Below are positions 1-12,557 of a stretch of DNA of 64,000 nucleotides, piece by piece; position 1 is the stretch's first letter, and each line of letters begins with the position of its first letter. Origin of the DNA: Eledone cirrhosa (taxonomy: Eukaryota); assembly GCA_964016885.1 (NCBI GenBank), contig OZ024741.1, positions 308,512,001 through 308,576,000 on the forward strand, given 5' to 3'. A model generated the notes under the pieces. That model did no database searches. It saw nothing but the letters and a program-made list of their open reading frames with translations, and had not been told where the DNA came from. The translations under genes and the position numbers were made by a program.

Positions 1-461
1 GTGTCTGTTGATTTTTGGCATATAGTTGATTAGTTTAAGAGAAGTTCGAAGATAATAGTAAGATATGCACTCAGTTTTTTTAATCTGTCTGCAGAATTCT
101 CTAGACCTTTGTCACTTAGTAGAACCTTAATGACTTTAGCTTTTAAAGAATCTCCCTTTTCTTTAATTCTATCGACCATGACTGACCCCCCACTGATTTT
201 ATAGACATCTGTTAGCTTAAGAGAAACTTATTGACAAGGAATGGTATGACATCCGGAACCTGTTTATAGAATTCTGTCTGCCTTTGTTACTCTAAAAACA
301 TAAATAAATATAAATAAAAATAAAAATAAACTATAGCTTTGTAGAATTAGCTTTTAATGAATTCCCTTTTCTATCAACGAATGACCTGCACCCATCCCAC
401 TCCCCACCCTCTCCTACCACTTGTAGAGACCTATAAATACCATATCTATTTTTTGATACCC

Positions 462-512
462 AGATTCCTGATGATTTCTAATGAACGAAACAGTTCTAGT
501 CCTGTAGAATCT
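462..512 (+). ncRNA. Type I hammerhead ribozyme motif (Penelope pLTR-type)
   Basis: AGATTC-CTGATGA-T TTC TAAT GAA C-GAA ACAG TTCTAGTC CTGT-A-GAATCT: stem I AGATTC/GAATCT, stem III ACAG/CTGT, GUA triplet, predicted cut after 506. Confidence 0.8.
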
Positions 513-529
513 CATCTATATTAAAACTG

Positions 530-690
<161 letters not shown>

Positions 691-1056
691 GCGTCACTAG
701 AAGTTGTAATTTCAGTCACTTGCTTCAACAACCGGGGGTAATGGCACGCCTTATTGGTCTTTCCATTACAGGTGGTGAACTCCCGCTGACGACACGATCC
801 CACGCCAAATTACGTAATGAATACTAACCTTACCTAATATTCTGCACATGTTTGCTCCATTCGGAACAATGTCAGCAGATCAGAACCGCAGAAACTGATG
901 CATCGGTCCGGGTATATTAACTATCTTACACACATAATTAACGTATGTGTGCACTCTAACCTGTTGAATTTTAATAATACCAACTTAATTGATAATTATG
1001 TAAGTGGAGAAACGACCGAAGTTATATCCATTCTATTCGACAAGCTTCGTCTCATA

Positions 1057-1128
<72 letters not shown>

Positions 1129-1177
1129 CGTGTATGTGTGTATTTATATATATATACACACACACATATATATATGT

Positions 1178-1218
<41 letters not shown>

Positions 1219-1378
1219 GTGTGTGTGTGTATATATATATGTGTGTGCGTGTGTGTGAGTGTATATATATATATATATATATACATACATAACATATATA
1301 TATATGTGTGTGTGTATGTGTGCGTGTGTGTGCGTGTGTGTGAGTGTACAAATATATATAATTGTTTAATTGCATATA

Positions 1379-1459
<81 letters not shown>

Positions 1460-1837
1460 TTTAGTACAGTATTGACGAATATATATATATCATGCCTCTC
1501 TGTGTGCATGTGTGTGTATGCTTGCGTTTTAATCGCATCCTTGGATTAAGAGAGATTAAATTCGAGGTTTCTTTAATCTTACATATTTATTTATTTAGAT
1601 AGTTGAAAGTCCTTCGATTTTTTCAAGGTGGTAGTATCTTCACTGTTCTTGTCGGGCTGTAGATTGGCAGGATGATTAGAAGAGTCGGACAAAATGACTT
1701 GCAGCATTATTTTTGTCTGATTTCAAATCCCATCGATATCTTTTCTATACAACATTGTAATGCCGAAAAAATAACTAAAAATATGTATATGCACCTTAAA
1801 CGTACAATATTTATTTATTTGTTCGTATGTACCTATG

Positions 1838-1906
<69 letters not shown>

Positions 1907-1914
1907 GATGATTT

Positions 1915-2252
1915 TGAGTATTGCCATCACTTGATACTTAAGCACGAACACCACGGATGTGGGTTTTTATTCCTGTTAGAGGCTTGTCTATGACCAGCAA
2001 TACCATGCGTCGTAAACAATGTTACATATCAAGCGAAGCTTTTTTAAGTGATGAAGGGCTTTGCGTGGGGCCAATCCCACTCTCTGAACATGGAAAGCAT
2101 TTACCCAGAAGAAGAACTGGTCTACATTATTTGATGCAAACAAAGTCGCAGGTTTTATATCAGAATGACCTTCTCCTAGAGAGATGTCTTAATGCAGGCT
2201 AGGACTCTCTCGCTCCACAAAAAAATATTACTTTATTGGATGACCGTTGACT
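1915..2252 (-). mobile_element. Older diverged relative of the adjacent RTE-derived element
   Basis: CAGGTTTTATATCAGAATGACCTTCTCCTAG and TTGGATGACCGTTGACT match 2682-2776. Confidence 0.5.
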
Positions 2253-2286
2253 AATATGTACATACATACATACATACATACATACA

Positions 2287-2319
<33 letters not shown>

Positions 2320-2334
2320 CCAAACATAATGTAT

Positions 2335-2902
2335 ACATACATGGTGGCTTCCAACTCGTCTTCGAGTACGGCCACTACTTTATATCCATGTAGGAGAACC
2401 CCTACCGATGCGCTGAATGAGTGTGACTTTTTAGTCCAGCCAGCGACTTGAAAACTCTGGTACAAACACTACACTTGTGACAATTATTGACACATAGTGC
2501 TGGGCCCATGGTACCATGTGATGACAAGTGCAAAGAGATCTCCAGATATAAAGCAATGCCTGTGCCGTGAAGCTTTTATAGTGAGCAAATGCACTGCACA
2601 AAGCCAGTCCCTCTCTCTTAACCAAGATGATATTTACCAAAAAGAAGAACAAGTCAACATCATTGGATACCATCAGGGTTGCAGGTGTTATATCAGAGTT
2701 TTCCTTCTCCTAGAATTCTGCCTTGACAAAGGCTAAGGGGTCATCTCTCCCGGTGATTTTGGATGGCCATCGACTCTTAAGAGCTCCTTTGCCCTTTGAC
2801 AGGTTTTGTTTTTAGTCCTGCAGGATGTCCAAAGTCACCCTCCTCACCAAGAAACCTTGGTGGGGTTGCCAGTTTAGTCGCCAACGACCCGACCATGAGA
2901 CT
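2335..2902 (-). mobile_element. Non-autonomous RTE-derived retroelement with (TATG)n tail
   Basis: Near-identical copies at 8540-8673 and 44812-45197; 3' part reads [17 protein letters not shown] (RTE/BovB-type C-terminal zinc finger); ACATATATCCAAACATAAT on both flanks (possible TSD). Confidence 0.7.
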
Positions 2903-3302
2903 ATACATACATACATGCTTACATATATCCAAACATAATACACACATACATACATACATACACACATACATGCATACATACATACATGCATACATACATA
3001 CATACATACATACATACATACATACATACATACATACATACATACATACATACATACATACATACATACATACATACATACATACATACATACATGTGTT
3101 TGAGTGTAGATATATAATTTGACAAAACAATATTTACAGAGGAAGGATACAGCACTATGGTGACATACATTAGTTACAGAGTTGGAAAGGTGTATCAATA
3201 TGTAGATATAGGTCTCAATATATAAAGGTTAATGTATGTAATCTATGCATGTTCCAGGTGTAGGTCATAAGCTTGCACATAGGTAGATGTAATTTTGCAT
3301 GT

Positions 3303-3453
3303 GAGGAAGAGGAAGAGGAGGAGAAGGAGGAGGGGATGGGGAGGTGGAGGAGGAGGAGGAGGAGGAGGAGGAGGAGGAGGAGGGGGAGGAGGAGGAGGAG
3401 GAGGAGGGAGGGCGTCAAGAAGAAGAAGAAGAAGAAGAAGAAGAAGAAGAAGA
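3303..3453. repeat. (GGA)n followed by (GAA)n microsatellite
   Basis: Seen directly. Confidence 0.95.
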
Positions 3454-4108
3454 ATGTTTGTTGCCGTTGCAGTTGTTGTTTTTTTCCTTTCTTTTCTCAT
3501 GTTATCTTTCACATTATGATTATCTCTCGCGGACAATGGAACAGCTCTATTGCAAACATATAAAAGTGTGATCTTCCGAAAAACCAACAGGAATCCTTAA
3601 TAAATGCTGTGTAATATCATTATAAATCCACTATATATATATATATATATAAAAATATATATAGAGAGAGAGAATTAGTATATTTACGAACATATGCGTA
3701 CAGATGTACACTAATGCTAGCAAATACATAAGTTATGTCATAGTACCTAGGTGGTTCAATGCAGGAGGATGCAGAACAATTATATGAAAGACGTAAAATA
3801 AGAAAATTTTAAAATTTAAAAATTAACTTACTTACTAAAATTTTCACTCCAACTAATTAGTTTCTGTAATTAGTTTCTGATCAGAGCAAACACGGACACT
3901 CTATCTCAAAATTATTTTTGAAAAGCATTTAGAAATGCGCAACCGGTAAAAACTTAAAAACTTTAAACCACAACTGAATACTAACCCATACAATCACTAA
4001 TACTCTTTTATTCCTAATTAAACCATTTTTCAACTGTGAACAAATTGTCAGCATTTTCTATTCCGTTTACCAATATATAATAACTTGTGTGTTACACCTC
4101 TATTCTTT

Positions 4109-4163
<55 letters not shown>

Positions 4164-4745
4164 CGTGCGTATATATGTATGTACAATACCCAACTATGGG
4201 TTAAATAGCCTTGCCATACCGCAATTGGCAAAGCATGGTGTGTGCGAATACACCCCTAAAGACATGACCAGAAGCAAAAGCGGAGGAAGTCAACCAGAGA
4301 AAGATTTCTCCAACGGGAGTAAGAAAGTCCTGGATTTAAATTTGGTATGCATGTGTGTAAGCTAAATGTTTGGTATAAACAGAGGACTTCCCCGATTAAT
4401 TCATCCTACTATGGTAGGATTTATGCGTGGGTGTATGCACATAGAACTAAAACCTCCCTCTAAAATCTTTTAGTGTATGTTTATGTACGTATTACCTACC
4501 AAGTTAAACTGTTCCATTACAGCGAGACATTACAGCGAGATTTCCTTCAATCCACACCCCACTCTTCCATTAATGTACTCACAGTACAATGTATATGTTA
4601 TACATATACACAAGCTTCTTAAGTCAATCGGTTATATATGTATATATGTATGTATGTATGTGTATGTGTGGGTGTATGTGTATGTGTGTGTATGTGTAAG
4701 TGTATACATATACATACATATTCATATATACGTATACTTACATAC

Positions 4746-4821
<76 letters not shown>

Positions 4822-4822
<1 letters not shown>

Positions 4823-5010
4823 TTATTCCGGGTTGAGTCGGATGTAACCACAGTAAGTAAGGTACTCAATACATAGCAGAGTATAAATGTTTTAATATAG
4901 AAGAGCTTCTACAGGACTAGAACTGTTTCATTCGTGAGAAATCATCAGGAAGCTCCTGATGATTTCTGATGATTTCTCACGAATGAAACAGTTCTAGTCC
5001 TGTAGAAACT

Positions 5011-5013
<3 letters not shown>
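4822..5013 (-). mobile_element. Penelope-type pLTR fragment ending in an HHR fold-back palindrome
   Basis: Homologous to 58016-58204; inverted arms across 4901-5013. Confidence 0.7.
4903..4955 (-). ncRNA. Type I hammerhead ribozyme motif
   Basis: Minus strand GAGCTTC-CTGATGA-T TTC TCAC GAA T-GAA ACAG TTCTAGTC CTGT-A-GAAGCTC; 7-bp stem I. Confidence 0.8.
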
Positions 5014-5051
<38 letters not shown>

Positions 5052-5074
5052 GTACACACACGTACACACACATA

Positions 5075-5148
<74 letters not shown>

Positions 5149-5149
5149 C

Positions 5150-5204
<55 letters not shown>

Positions 5205-5224
5205 TATATATATACATACTTTTT

Positions 5225-5420
5225 TTACTTGTTTGACCCGAATTACTTGGTCGTTTCTATGGCTGTGCGGATAATGGTTTAACCATCGCCTCAGTGTGTT
5301 TGGCCTTTTAACGTATGTTGTAGCTCTGGTTCGTTAGAATCTATTGAGCGCTTGCCACACATCTCGGAAGTTGTTTTTCGCTAATTTCCAATAGCCGAAA
5401 TACAATTCCCGCTAATTTTT
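5225..5420. repeat. Unclassified interspersed repeat
   Basis: Colinear similarity to 33540-33730 and weaker inverted similarity to 36590-36785. Confidence 0.55.
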
Positions 5421-5423
5421 ATA

Positions 5424-5467
<44 letters not shown>

Positions 5468-5604
5468 TATGTAGATAAATCTACCAAGAGTTTACGGTAG
5501 TGTCCAATCCGTATGAAGAACTCAATGTATTCCGGATATCATGGAAAGAAGAGATGTAATGAAAAATCACTTTCGGTGAAAGATAAACGGTATACAGAGT
5601 CAAG

Positions 5605-6010
5605 ATAAAATATTAAACAAATAATGAATAAAACAATGAAACAGTTCCTTATATTAAACAAAAAAAGTTCATTACTTAACGATCGTTTCTAGGATATATG
5701 TGTTAGAATTGGCATGCATATTCAACAGATCTATGTACAAAATTATACAAAATTATACAAACTATCAAGATTAAATATACATACCAACACATATATACGC
5801 CGTCTTCATTATTTCTGAAGACGGCGTATATATGTGTTGGTATGTATATTTAATCTTGATAGTTTGTATAATTTTGTATAATTTTGTACATAGATCTGTT
5901 GAATATGCATGCCAATTCTAACACATATATCCTAGAAACGATCGTTAAATAATGAACTTTTTTTGTTTAATATAAGGAACTGTTTCATTGTTTTATTCAT
6001 TATTTGTTTA

Positions 6011-6019
<9 letters not shown>
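5605..6019. repeat. Long palindrome, 204-bp arms, 7-nt spacer
   Basis: 5605-5808 is the reverse complement of 5816-6019; one mismatch seen. Confidence 0.95.
5805..5956 (+). ncRNA. Type I hammerhead motif with ~110-nt stem II domain
   Basis: TTCATTATTT-CTGAAGA-[ATATATGTGTTGG...CTAACACATATAT]-GAAAC GATC GT-T-AAATAATGAA; 10-bp stem I, palindromic stem III ACGATCGT. Confidence 0.7.
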
Positions 6020-6053
<34 letters not shown>

Positions 6054-6066
6054 TCGCTGCTTATTA

Positions 6067-6136
6067 CTAGTTTTGTTTGTACGATTTGTTGTCGCAAGTC
6101 GTAGCAACAACTTTCCCGTTAGCTTTAATATAAAGA
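6067..6136 (-). mobile_element. Possible minimal non-autonomous Helitron
   Basis: Minus strand A|TCTTTATATTAAAG...TACGACTTG/CAAATCGTA hairpin, 9 nt, CTAG|T. Confidence 0.45.
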
Positions 6137-6339
6137 TAGTTTGGATTGTCTAAGATTAACTCCTAAGTAAACTCAATTAATCGCCGTGGATTATAGAGAT
6201 CAGATCAAACCTAACACAGTTAAGCTAACAAATCAAATAATAAAGGCGTATTTACTGATTTAATTGTTGTTGACATATCCAGCTGGATAAAATAAACGAA
6301 AAATAAATGATTATAATAATGATTGTAATAATATTAATA

Positions 6340-6499
6340 ATAATTGTTTCTCCTATAGGCACAAGGTCAGCAATTTGAAGGGAAGGAGAAACTCGATTAA
6401 ATCGACCCCAGTACATTACTGGTACTTTATTTTATTGAAAGCATGGTGTCTGACACTCTGGAATGATTTAAAAAAATCTGGAATGATTAAAGAAAAAGT

Positions 6500-6550
<51 letters not shown>

Positions 6551-6897
6551 CCACAACAACAATAATAATGATTCTAACTACGAAATTAATAATGATTAAG
6601 AAAATAATAATTGTTTCTACATTTGGCACAAGGCCAGCAAATATCACAATGAATTACTGGTACTTTATTTTATCGAAAATAATAATGGTTTCTTATATAG
6701 ACACAAGGCCAGCAATTTTGGGAGAGGGGAGAGTCGATTAAATCGACTCCAGTGCGTGACTGGTACTTTATTTTATCGATCCCGTAAGGATGAAAGGCAA
6801 AATTAACCTCGGCGGGATTTGAACTCAGTTCATAAAGGGCCGCAACTTTTGCTGCAAAGCATGGTGACCGACCCTCTACCGATACTGCCAATCCACC
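6340..6897 (-). mobile_element. tRNA-derived SINE (Octopus OK-like): full copy 6684-6897 plus two 3' fragments
   Basis: Box A TGGCAGTATCGG, box B GAGTTCAAATCC, body TTTGCCTTTCATCCTTACGGG.TCGATAAAATAAAGTACCAG, tail GCTGGCCTTGTG. Confidence 0.85.
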
Positions 6898-6979
6898 ACA
6901 GTGAGGAGGAGGAAGAGAAGTATAATCAAGATTTCAAAAATATGCAAATTTAATCAACTTTATTTGGAAGTAAAACTTT

Positions 6980-8185
6980 TCTTCTTTTTCACTCACTTAA
7001 TTGTGGAAAAGTTGTGTAGGCAGAGTCCGAAGACATGCCTTCTAGAGAGGATCCTATCGGAAGCAACCATTTCCAAATAATCCGGTTCGATCCCCAAGCG
7101 AGACCAACAGAGCTAATGTATGTTATCCAAACATCTCGCTCGGTGTCTGTCTCTAGGTCACCTGCCGTTTGGCTTTACCCGAAACATCTGTCCAGCGATT
7201 CTCTCCTAAGACGTTCTACCTACATGTCCGTATCACCGATGCCGTGATTTATTGATGTATAGAAGTAGCGGCTCTATTTGAAGTGACTCCATGATGTCCG
7301 AGCTACGCACCCTATGGAATAACGTTATACCGAAGAACCGCATTTCGGCCGTTTGTATTTGTGATCGTATTCTTTCGGTTAAGGTTACGCATACTTAAGG
7401 TTACGCATGAACATAGATAGCGAGTTTGGCGTTAACACCTACCTCCTTTTTAATTGAGTCCCCTGTCTTCCGTCACTCGTAAAAACACATAAACTTCACC
7501 TACTTCAGTGGGACTCCACTCACATGTAGAGTGCACTGCGCAGGTTTTCTTGAAAGGGTGAGTCTCTTAGTTTTCGTAGCACTAATTTTCCTTCCTACCG
7601 AGTAACACTCGGCAGCGAACCTAACAAGTGCATGTCGGAGATCACCTTCCGACGATTTAAATCAATTCCATATTGTCTGAAATTCCAGCCGCCTGATCCT
7701 ATACCCTCCGGTTTCAATGTCGCATCAAGCCCCGCTGCGAATATCAATCTTGTTCATGAAGATTATGAACGGGAGCGGTGACATTAAGCACCCTTGGCGG
7801 AGTCCGACACCCACATTAAATAGTTTTGTCTTCCCACCATTTATCTAAACACAAATACTAGGACATTCGTAAATGGACGTCAAAGCAACAAGAAGCTGTC
7901 CGTCGATCCCATGTTTCTTCAGAATCTTCCATAAGTATCCCATAAAACGCGGTTGTATGCATTTTTGAGGTCCACGAAACAAGCATACACCTCTTGGTAA
8001 TACTCCCACGCCTCATGAATACATGAATATTTAATCGACCGTGCTACGTTCGTGGAGAAAACCACACTGTTCTTCAGCTAGCTTGGACTCGACAATATCT
8101 CTACATCTCTTTGCCAGATACTTAGCATAGACTTCACCGGGGAGAATTATCAAGGAGATTCCTCTATAATTAGAACGATCTCTCA
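6980..8185 (-). mobile_element. Degenerate RTE-clade LINE, RT domain to 3' end
   Basis: DRSNYRGISL, LAEEQCGFLHERSTVD and QGCLMSPLPFIIFMNKI motifs, with stops and frameshifts. Confidence 0.85.
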
Positions 8186-8539
8186 AATTAAATATTATTC
8201 TGGTTAACAACAAATACTTCAAAAGGTGCTATGTATCTGCTATTGTTTGGCGGTGAAGAGAAAGTAAAAAAAGGAGAAGGAATCTTTGACCTTATTTAAG
8301 ATTAACAGTTTAGCTGTCGTATATTTGTTAGAAAGGAAACAGTATCAATTTGACAAAAGGTCAATTATTGTTAGACAGGCTGTGTAATTTCTAGAATGTA
8401 GGGTTTTGTATGTTTTTAGGAAGGAAGATATTCAACAGATATTGGCCAGAGTTGTCGTCTACGGTCAAAGTGTCAAGAAATGGGAAACCGTCTTAAAGTT
8501 CACACATTTACATATACATACATATATACATACATATAT

Positions 8540-8673
8540 ACATGGTGGCTGCCAACTCGTTTTCGAGTACGGCCACTACTTTATATCCATGTAGGAGAAC
8601 CCCTACCGATGCGCTGAACTAGTGTGACTTTTTAGTCCAGCCAGCGACTTGAAAACTCTGGTACAAACACTAC
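8540..8673 (-). mobile_element. 3' end of the RTE-derived element, inside a (TACA)n tract
   Basis: Matches 2338-2470. Confidence 0.8.
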
Positions 8674-8769
8674 ATTTATACATACATACATACATACATA
8701 CATACATACATACATACATACATACATACATACATACATACATACATACATACATGCATGCATGCATAC

Positions 8770-8863
<94 letters not shown>

Positions 8864-9607
8864 GCAAAGAATATATATATATATTCTTTTCTTTTTGTCA
8901 AGAACACCTGCTGCATGAAAACACACTAGTAAAATAGACGTTACCATATAAGATGTTGTAAACCAAGAAATTTTAAGTATTTAAATTTATACTCTTAGGG
9001 AAGAAAATAACCATTATATATATAACTATTCCTCGTCAGAAAAAAAAAACGTTTTTAGATTTTTACGGTCTCCTCATCAAGAGTGTTTTTGACATGTTTT
9101 CACTGGTGCTTGTAATGTAGGCATATGTATATTTTGAATTCCTATCCACTTATGTTTTACTTCGCCAGCATTCTGTGACTTTTATACCGGAATGTGTATC
9201 TTAAAATTTTACCGTTAGACTTATATATCGTAAGTCATGTGTTTATGAGGAGTGTGTGCTGCATATATATGGCTGGCACTGAACTGGATAATGATCTGGA
9301 CGCCAAATTGCGATGTAAGTATTGCTCCCATGATTAATCACTTATTTTTGTTCTCGATTCTTTATAATACAGATGTATTTTTCCATTGTTTTGTGGTATT
9401 CAGTGTAATGTGCTGCAATTTCTCGTTAATGTAAATGCATGGAGAGTCTTCAAGAGAATGTTATATTGGTATAGATAATTTGAAATCTTGCTGATTATTT
9501 GTAATTTGTTTTCTGGTTTGCCTGCTTGTGGTTTGTTGTTAATAAGGAGGCTTTTAATTTTTTTAGGATTTTGTAGTAAATTACTGCTGTTAATATATAG
9601 TTTAGTG

Positions 9608-9726
9608 AAGACGCGTGGCTGAGTGGTTCGAGAATTGGATTGGCAATCATGAGGTTGTGCGTTCGATTCCCTGACCGGACGGTGCGTTATGTCCTTGAGT
9701 AAGACACTTTATTTCACGTTGCTCCT
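9608..9726 (+). mobile_element. Second tRNA-derived SINE family (OR/CORE/Meta-like central block)
   Basis: GTGGCTGAGTGG box A, GTTCGATTCC box B, TGTCCTTGAGTAAGACACTTTATTTCACGTTGCTCC; relatives at ~38112-38200 (+), 44650-44790 (-), 45275-45377 (-). Confidence 0.7.
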
Positions 9727-10094
9727 TCTGCTTGAATTTGCGACCGATAGATAGTATGAGCAATTGGAATGACCAATGGAAGCATTATTTCCTCGGTCCG
9801 ATTTGACGAGCTCCACCCCACACGTTAAGCGAATGAGGTCTGGGATCTTGTCGATAGACTATTGTATATATATAGTTTGGCGTAATGCACATTTATGTCT
9901 TCGTCTGTTCTGCAGTTTGTATGTATTTGATTCATGTATTATACCTTATATTTAGTTTGTATATTTTTAATAGCTATGGTGTGTGAAGTATCTGAAGCAC
10001 AATATTTGTGTTTCCATGTGATAGGACTGAAAGTTACGTTATCAGGAGTCTTTCACGGCATAATACATGAATCACGGTATTATGTATGAATCTA

Positions 10095-10193
<99 letters not shown>

Positions 10194-10654
10194 AGATCGG
10201 ACCAAGAGAAATTTCCATTGTTGATACTATCTACCCGTTGCAACTCCCGGCATAAGGAGGCGATGTGTCAAGGGGAGTCTTGTACTCTCAGTCGCTTCAC
10301 GCCATGAAACCGGGATAAGCAGAGTTCTGAAGAGTCTCGGGGCTTGAGACAAGCTTTAGACTTTAGAGAGAGACATAAGGCGGCGGGATTTGAACTTAGA
10401 GCACAGAGAGCCAGAAGAAATAACGAGGCATTTAATCTAAATGTCTAACGAATCTGCCAATTCATCACATGTCTGTGGAGGTGTAGTGGAGAGGAAAAGA
10501 TGAACTCTGAACCACCAGGCATGACTAGTCTTAGAAACACTACACCAGGCATGACAGTCTTAGAAACACTACACCGAAGATATTATGCAACTAATTGTAA
10601 ATATATTTGTCGAAGGACAGTGAGACAGAAGTGAGGAGAGATAGTAAGGTGAGG

Positions 10655-10729
10655 CGAAAGAAGAAGAAGAAGAAGAAGAAGAAGAAGAAGAAGAAAGAAA
10701 CAAGGAAGAAGAAGAAGAAGAAGAAGAAG

Positions 10730-10761
<32 letters not shown>

Positions 10762-10822
10762 AAACAACAACAAGAACAACAACAACAGCAACAACAACAA
10801 CAACAACAACAACGACGATGAC
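10655..10822. repeat. (AAG)n-(AAC)n compound microsatellite
   Basis: Seen directly. Confidence 0.95.
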
Positions 10823-11125
10823 AAAGAGAGAGAGAGTAAGAGGGGGATGCAGGAAGAAAAAGACGGGAGAAGAAATGATAACATGAGTGAAGAAGGAAAC
10901 TTGAGGGAGCACTAATTTTTGACCCATACTGTATACTCTTCCGCCAAAGCTTGTCGTTATAAGATAGTTTTAAATCTTTGACTTTGCTTCCCTGACCTCA
11001 TTTTCGTCTTACGCGGGTGGCGGCTGTATACATATACGCGTAAGTGCGTGTATGTATATGTGTACACACACATATACATATATATATAGATATATATATA
11101 CTTACACACACACACACACATATAT

Positions 11126-11190
11126 ATATGAAAAGATTCAGGACCCCGACGGCTGAACTCCGGCTGTCGGGGTCCTGAATTTTTTCATAT
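11126..11190. other. 30-bp hairpin with 5-nt loop
   Basis: ATATGAAAAGATTCAGGACCCCGACGGCTG / CGGCTGTCGGGGTCCTGAATTTTTTCATAT. Confidence 0.85.
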
Positions 11191-11213
11191 TACCCACTTA
11201 CCCACTTTACTAC

Positions 11214-11246
<33 letters not shown>

Positions 11247-11253
<7 letters not shown>

Positions 11254-11943
11254 TAAAGTGGTCCTTCATCAGTGATCTTCCAACCATCATCGGTATTTCA
11301 TCGCTTTAAAGACCATATACCTGCGGTTGGTGCGAGCAACGGCTAAAGAAAGTCGTTGAGACATGTAAATAAAGGGAACAGCGAGAGTGTAAACAAACAA
11401 AGATGGTGAAGCAACGAAAAGTGAGGAAGAAGAAGTCAAGTCCAAAAATTTCCATGAATATAAGTTCGGTGAAATCGTGAACGAGAGAGAATAAAGACCA
11501 TCAAACCTGGTTGAAATGTGAGCAAGGAAGGAATTTCGCACAGGTCTAACGGGAGGAAGAAGGGGTCTAGTCTGTGAATTCGGTAAACATAAGTTCTGTG
11601 AAATCGTAGACGAGAGAGAGAAAAAAGCCGACCGGCCTGGCCAAGCGTGCGAAAGAAAAGAATTACGCACAGATCAAACGGGAAGGAGAAGGAGGAGAGG
11701 TAGTAACAGAGAGTGGGTGAGTGAAGGGTGAGGAAGAGGCTAACAGAGAGAGTGACTGTTAGAGAGGGTAAAGATACAGAGAAAGAGGAAGCAGTAAGAA
11801 CGAAAAAGGGGGAAAAAATATGTGTAAATATGAGAATAAACGTGCTGCGGAGTTGCAAATGGGTTACATATGAATAAAGTGGTCCTTCATCAGTGATCTT
11901 CCAACCATCATCGGTATTTCTTCGCTTTAAAGACCATATACCT
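11247..11943 (-). mobile_element. ~620-bp unit bounded by ~75-bp direct repeats (pLTR-like, unclassified)
   Basis: ATGAATAAAGTGGTCCTTCATCAGTGATC...AAGACCATATACCT at ~11248 and ~11869; internal ~130-bp duplication. Confidence 0.55.
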
Positions 11944-12233
11944 CCGGTATATATACTAATAATAGTTATGGTAATAACAGAATTCGACGAGCTTTTGATT
12001 CCAGAGTGAGACCAGAGCGATAGAGATCGAGCCTTGAGCTGATCAATCGTGAAACACGCGTCACACTTCAATAGACGTAACGAAGATCTAACACTTCGTC
12101 CTTTTTACTATTATTAGTATTACACTCTGCTTAGTACAACACTAATATACCTAGTACAACACTAATATACCTACTGGAAACTACGCATCAAGTGCTCACT
12201 CTGGTAAACCCACAGTAACTGGACGTTATAATC

Positions 12234-12362
<129 letters not shown>

Positions 12363-12557
12363 CGCGTGCGTGTGTGTGTGTGTGATAAAGTTATATCTGT
12401 GTATATAAAGAATGGAAGGAATCAAAAGTGCGTAACTATGCATACAAATTTACATATTTTTAGTATATAGACATTTCACATATATGTATACACGTGATGA
12501 TGTAAATCTTACTGTATCGAAACTATAGCCATCAATCATTTCATACGACCGACATTA

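Noticed and set aside
890-1025. CTGATGC...GAAACGACCGA as a long-stem HHR
   Set aside because: No UH cleavage site or convincing stem I
3845-3888. Minus-strand GAAAC TAATTA GTT HHR 3' half
   Set aside because: 5' core and stem II disrupted by a local duplication; too degenerate to call
10327-10355. HHR-like CTGAAGA-GTCTC/GAGAC
   Set aside because: GAAA and stem III absent; appears to be a SINE/LINE tail
12035-12066. HHR-like CTGATCA...GAAACACGCGTC
   Set aside because: Core mutated and no stem I or II
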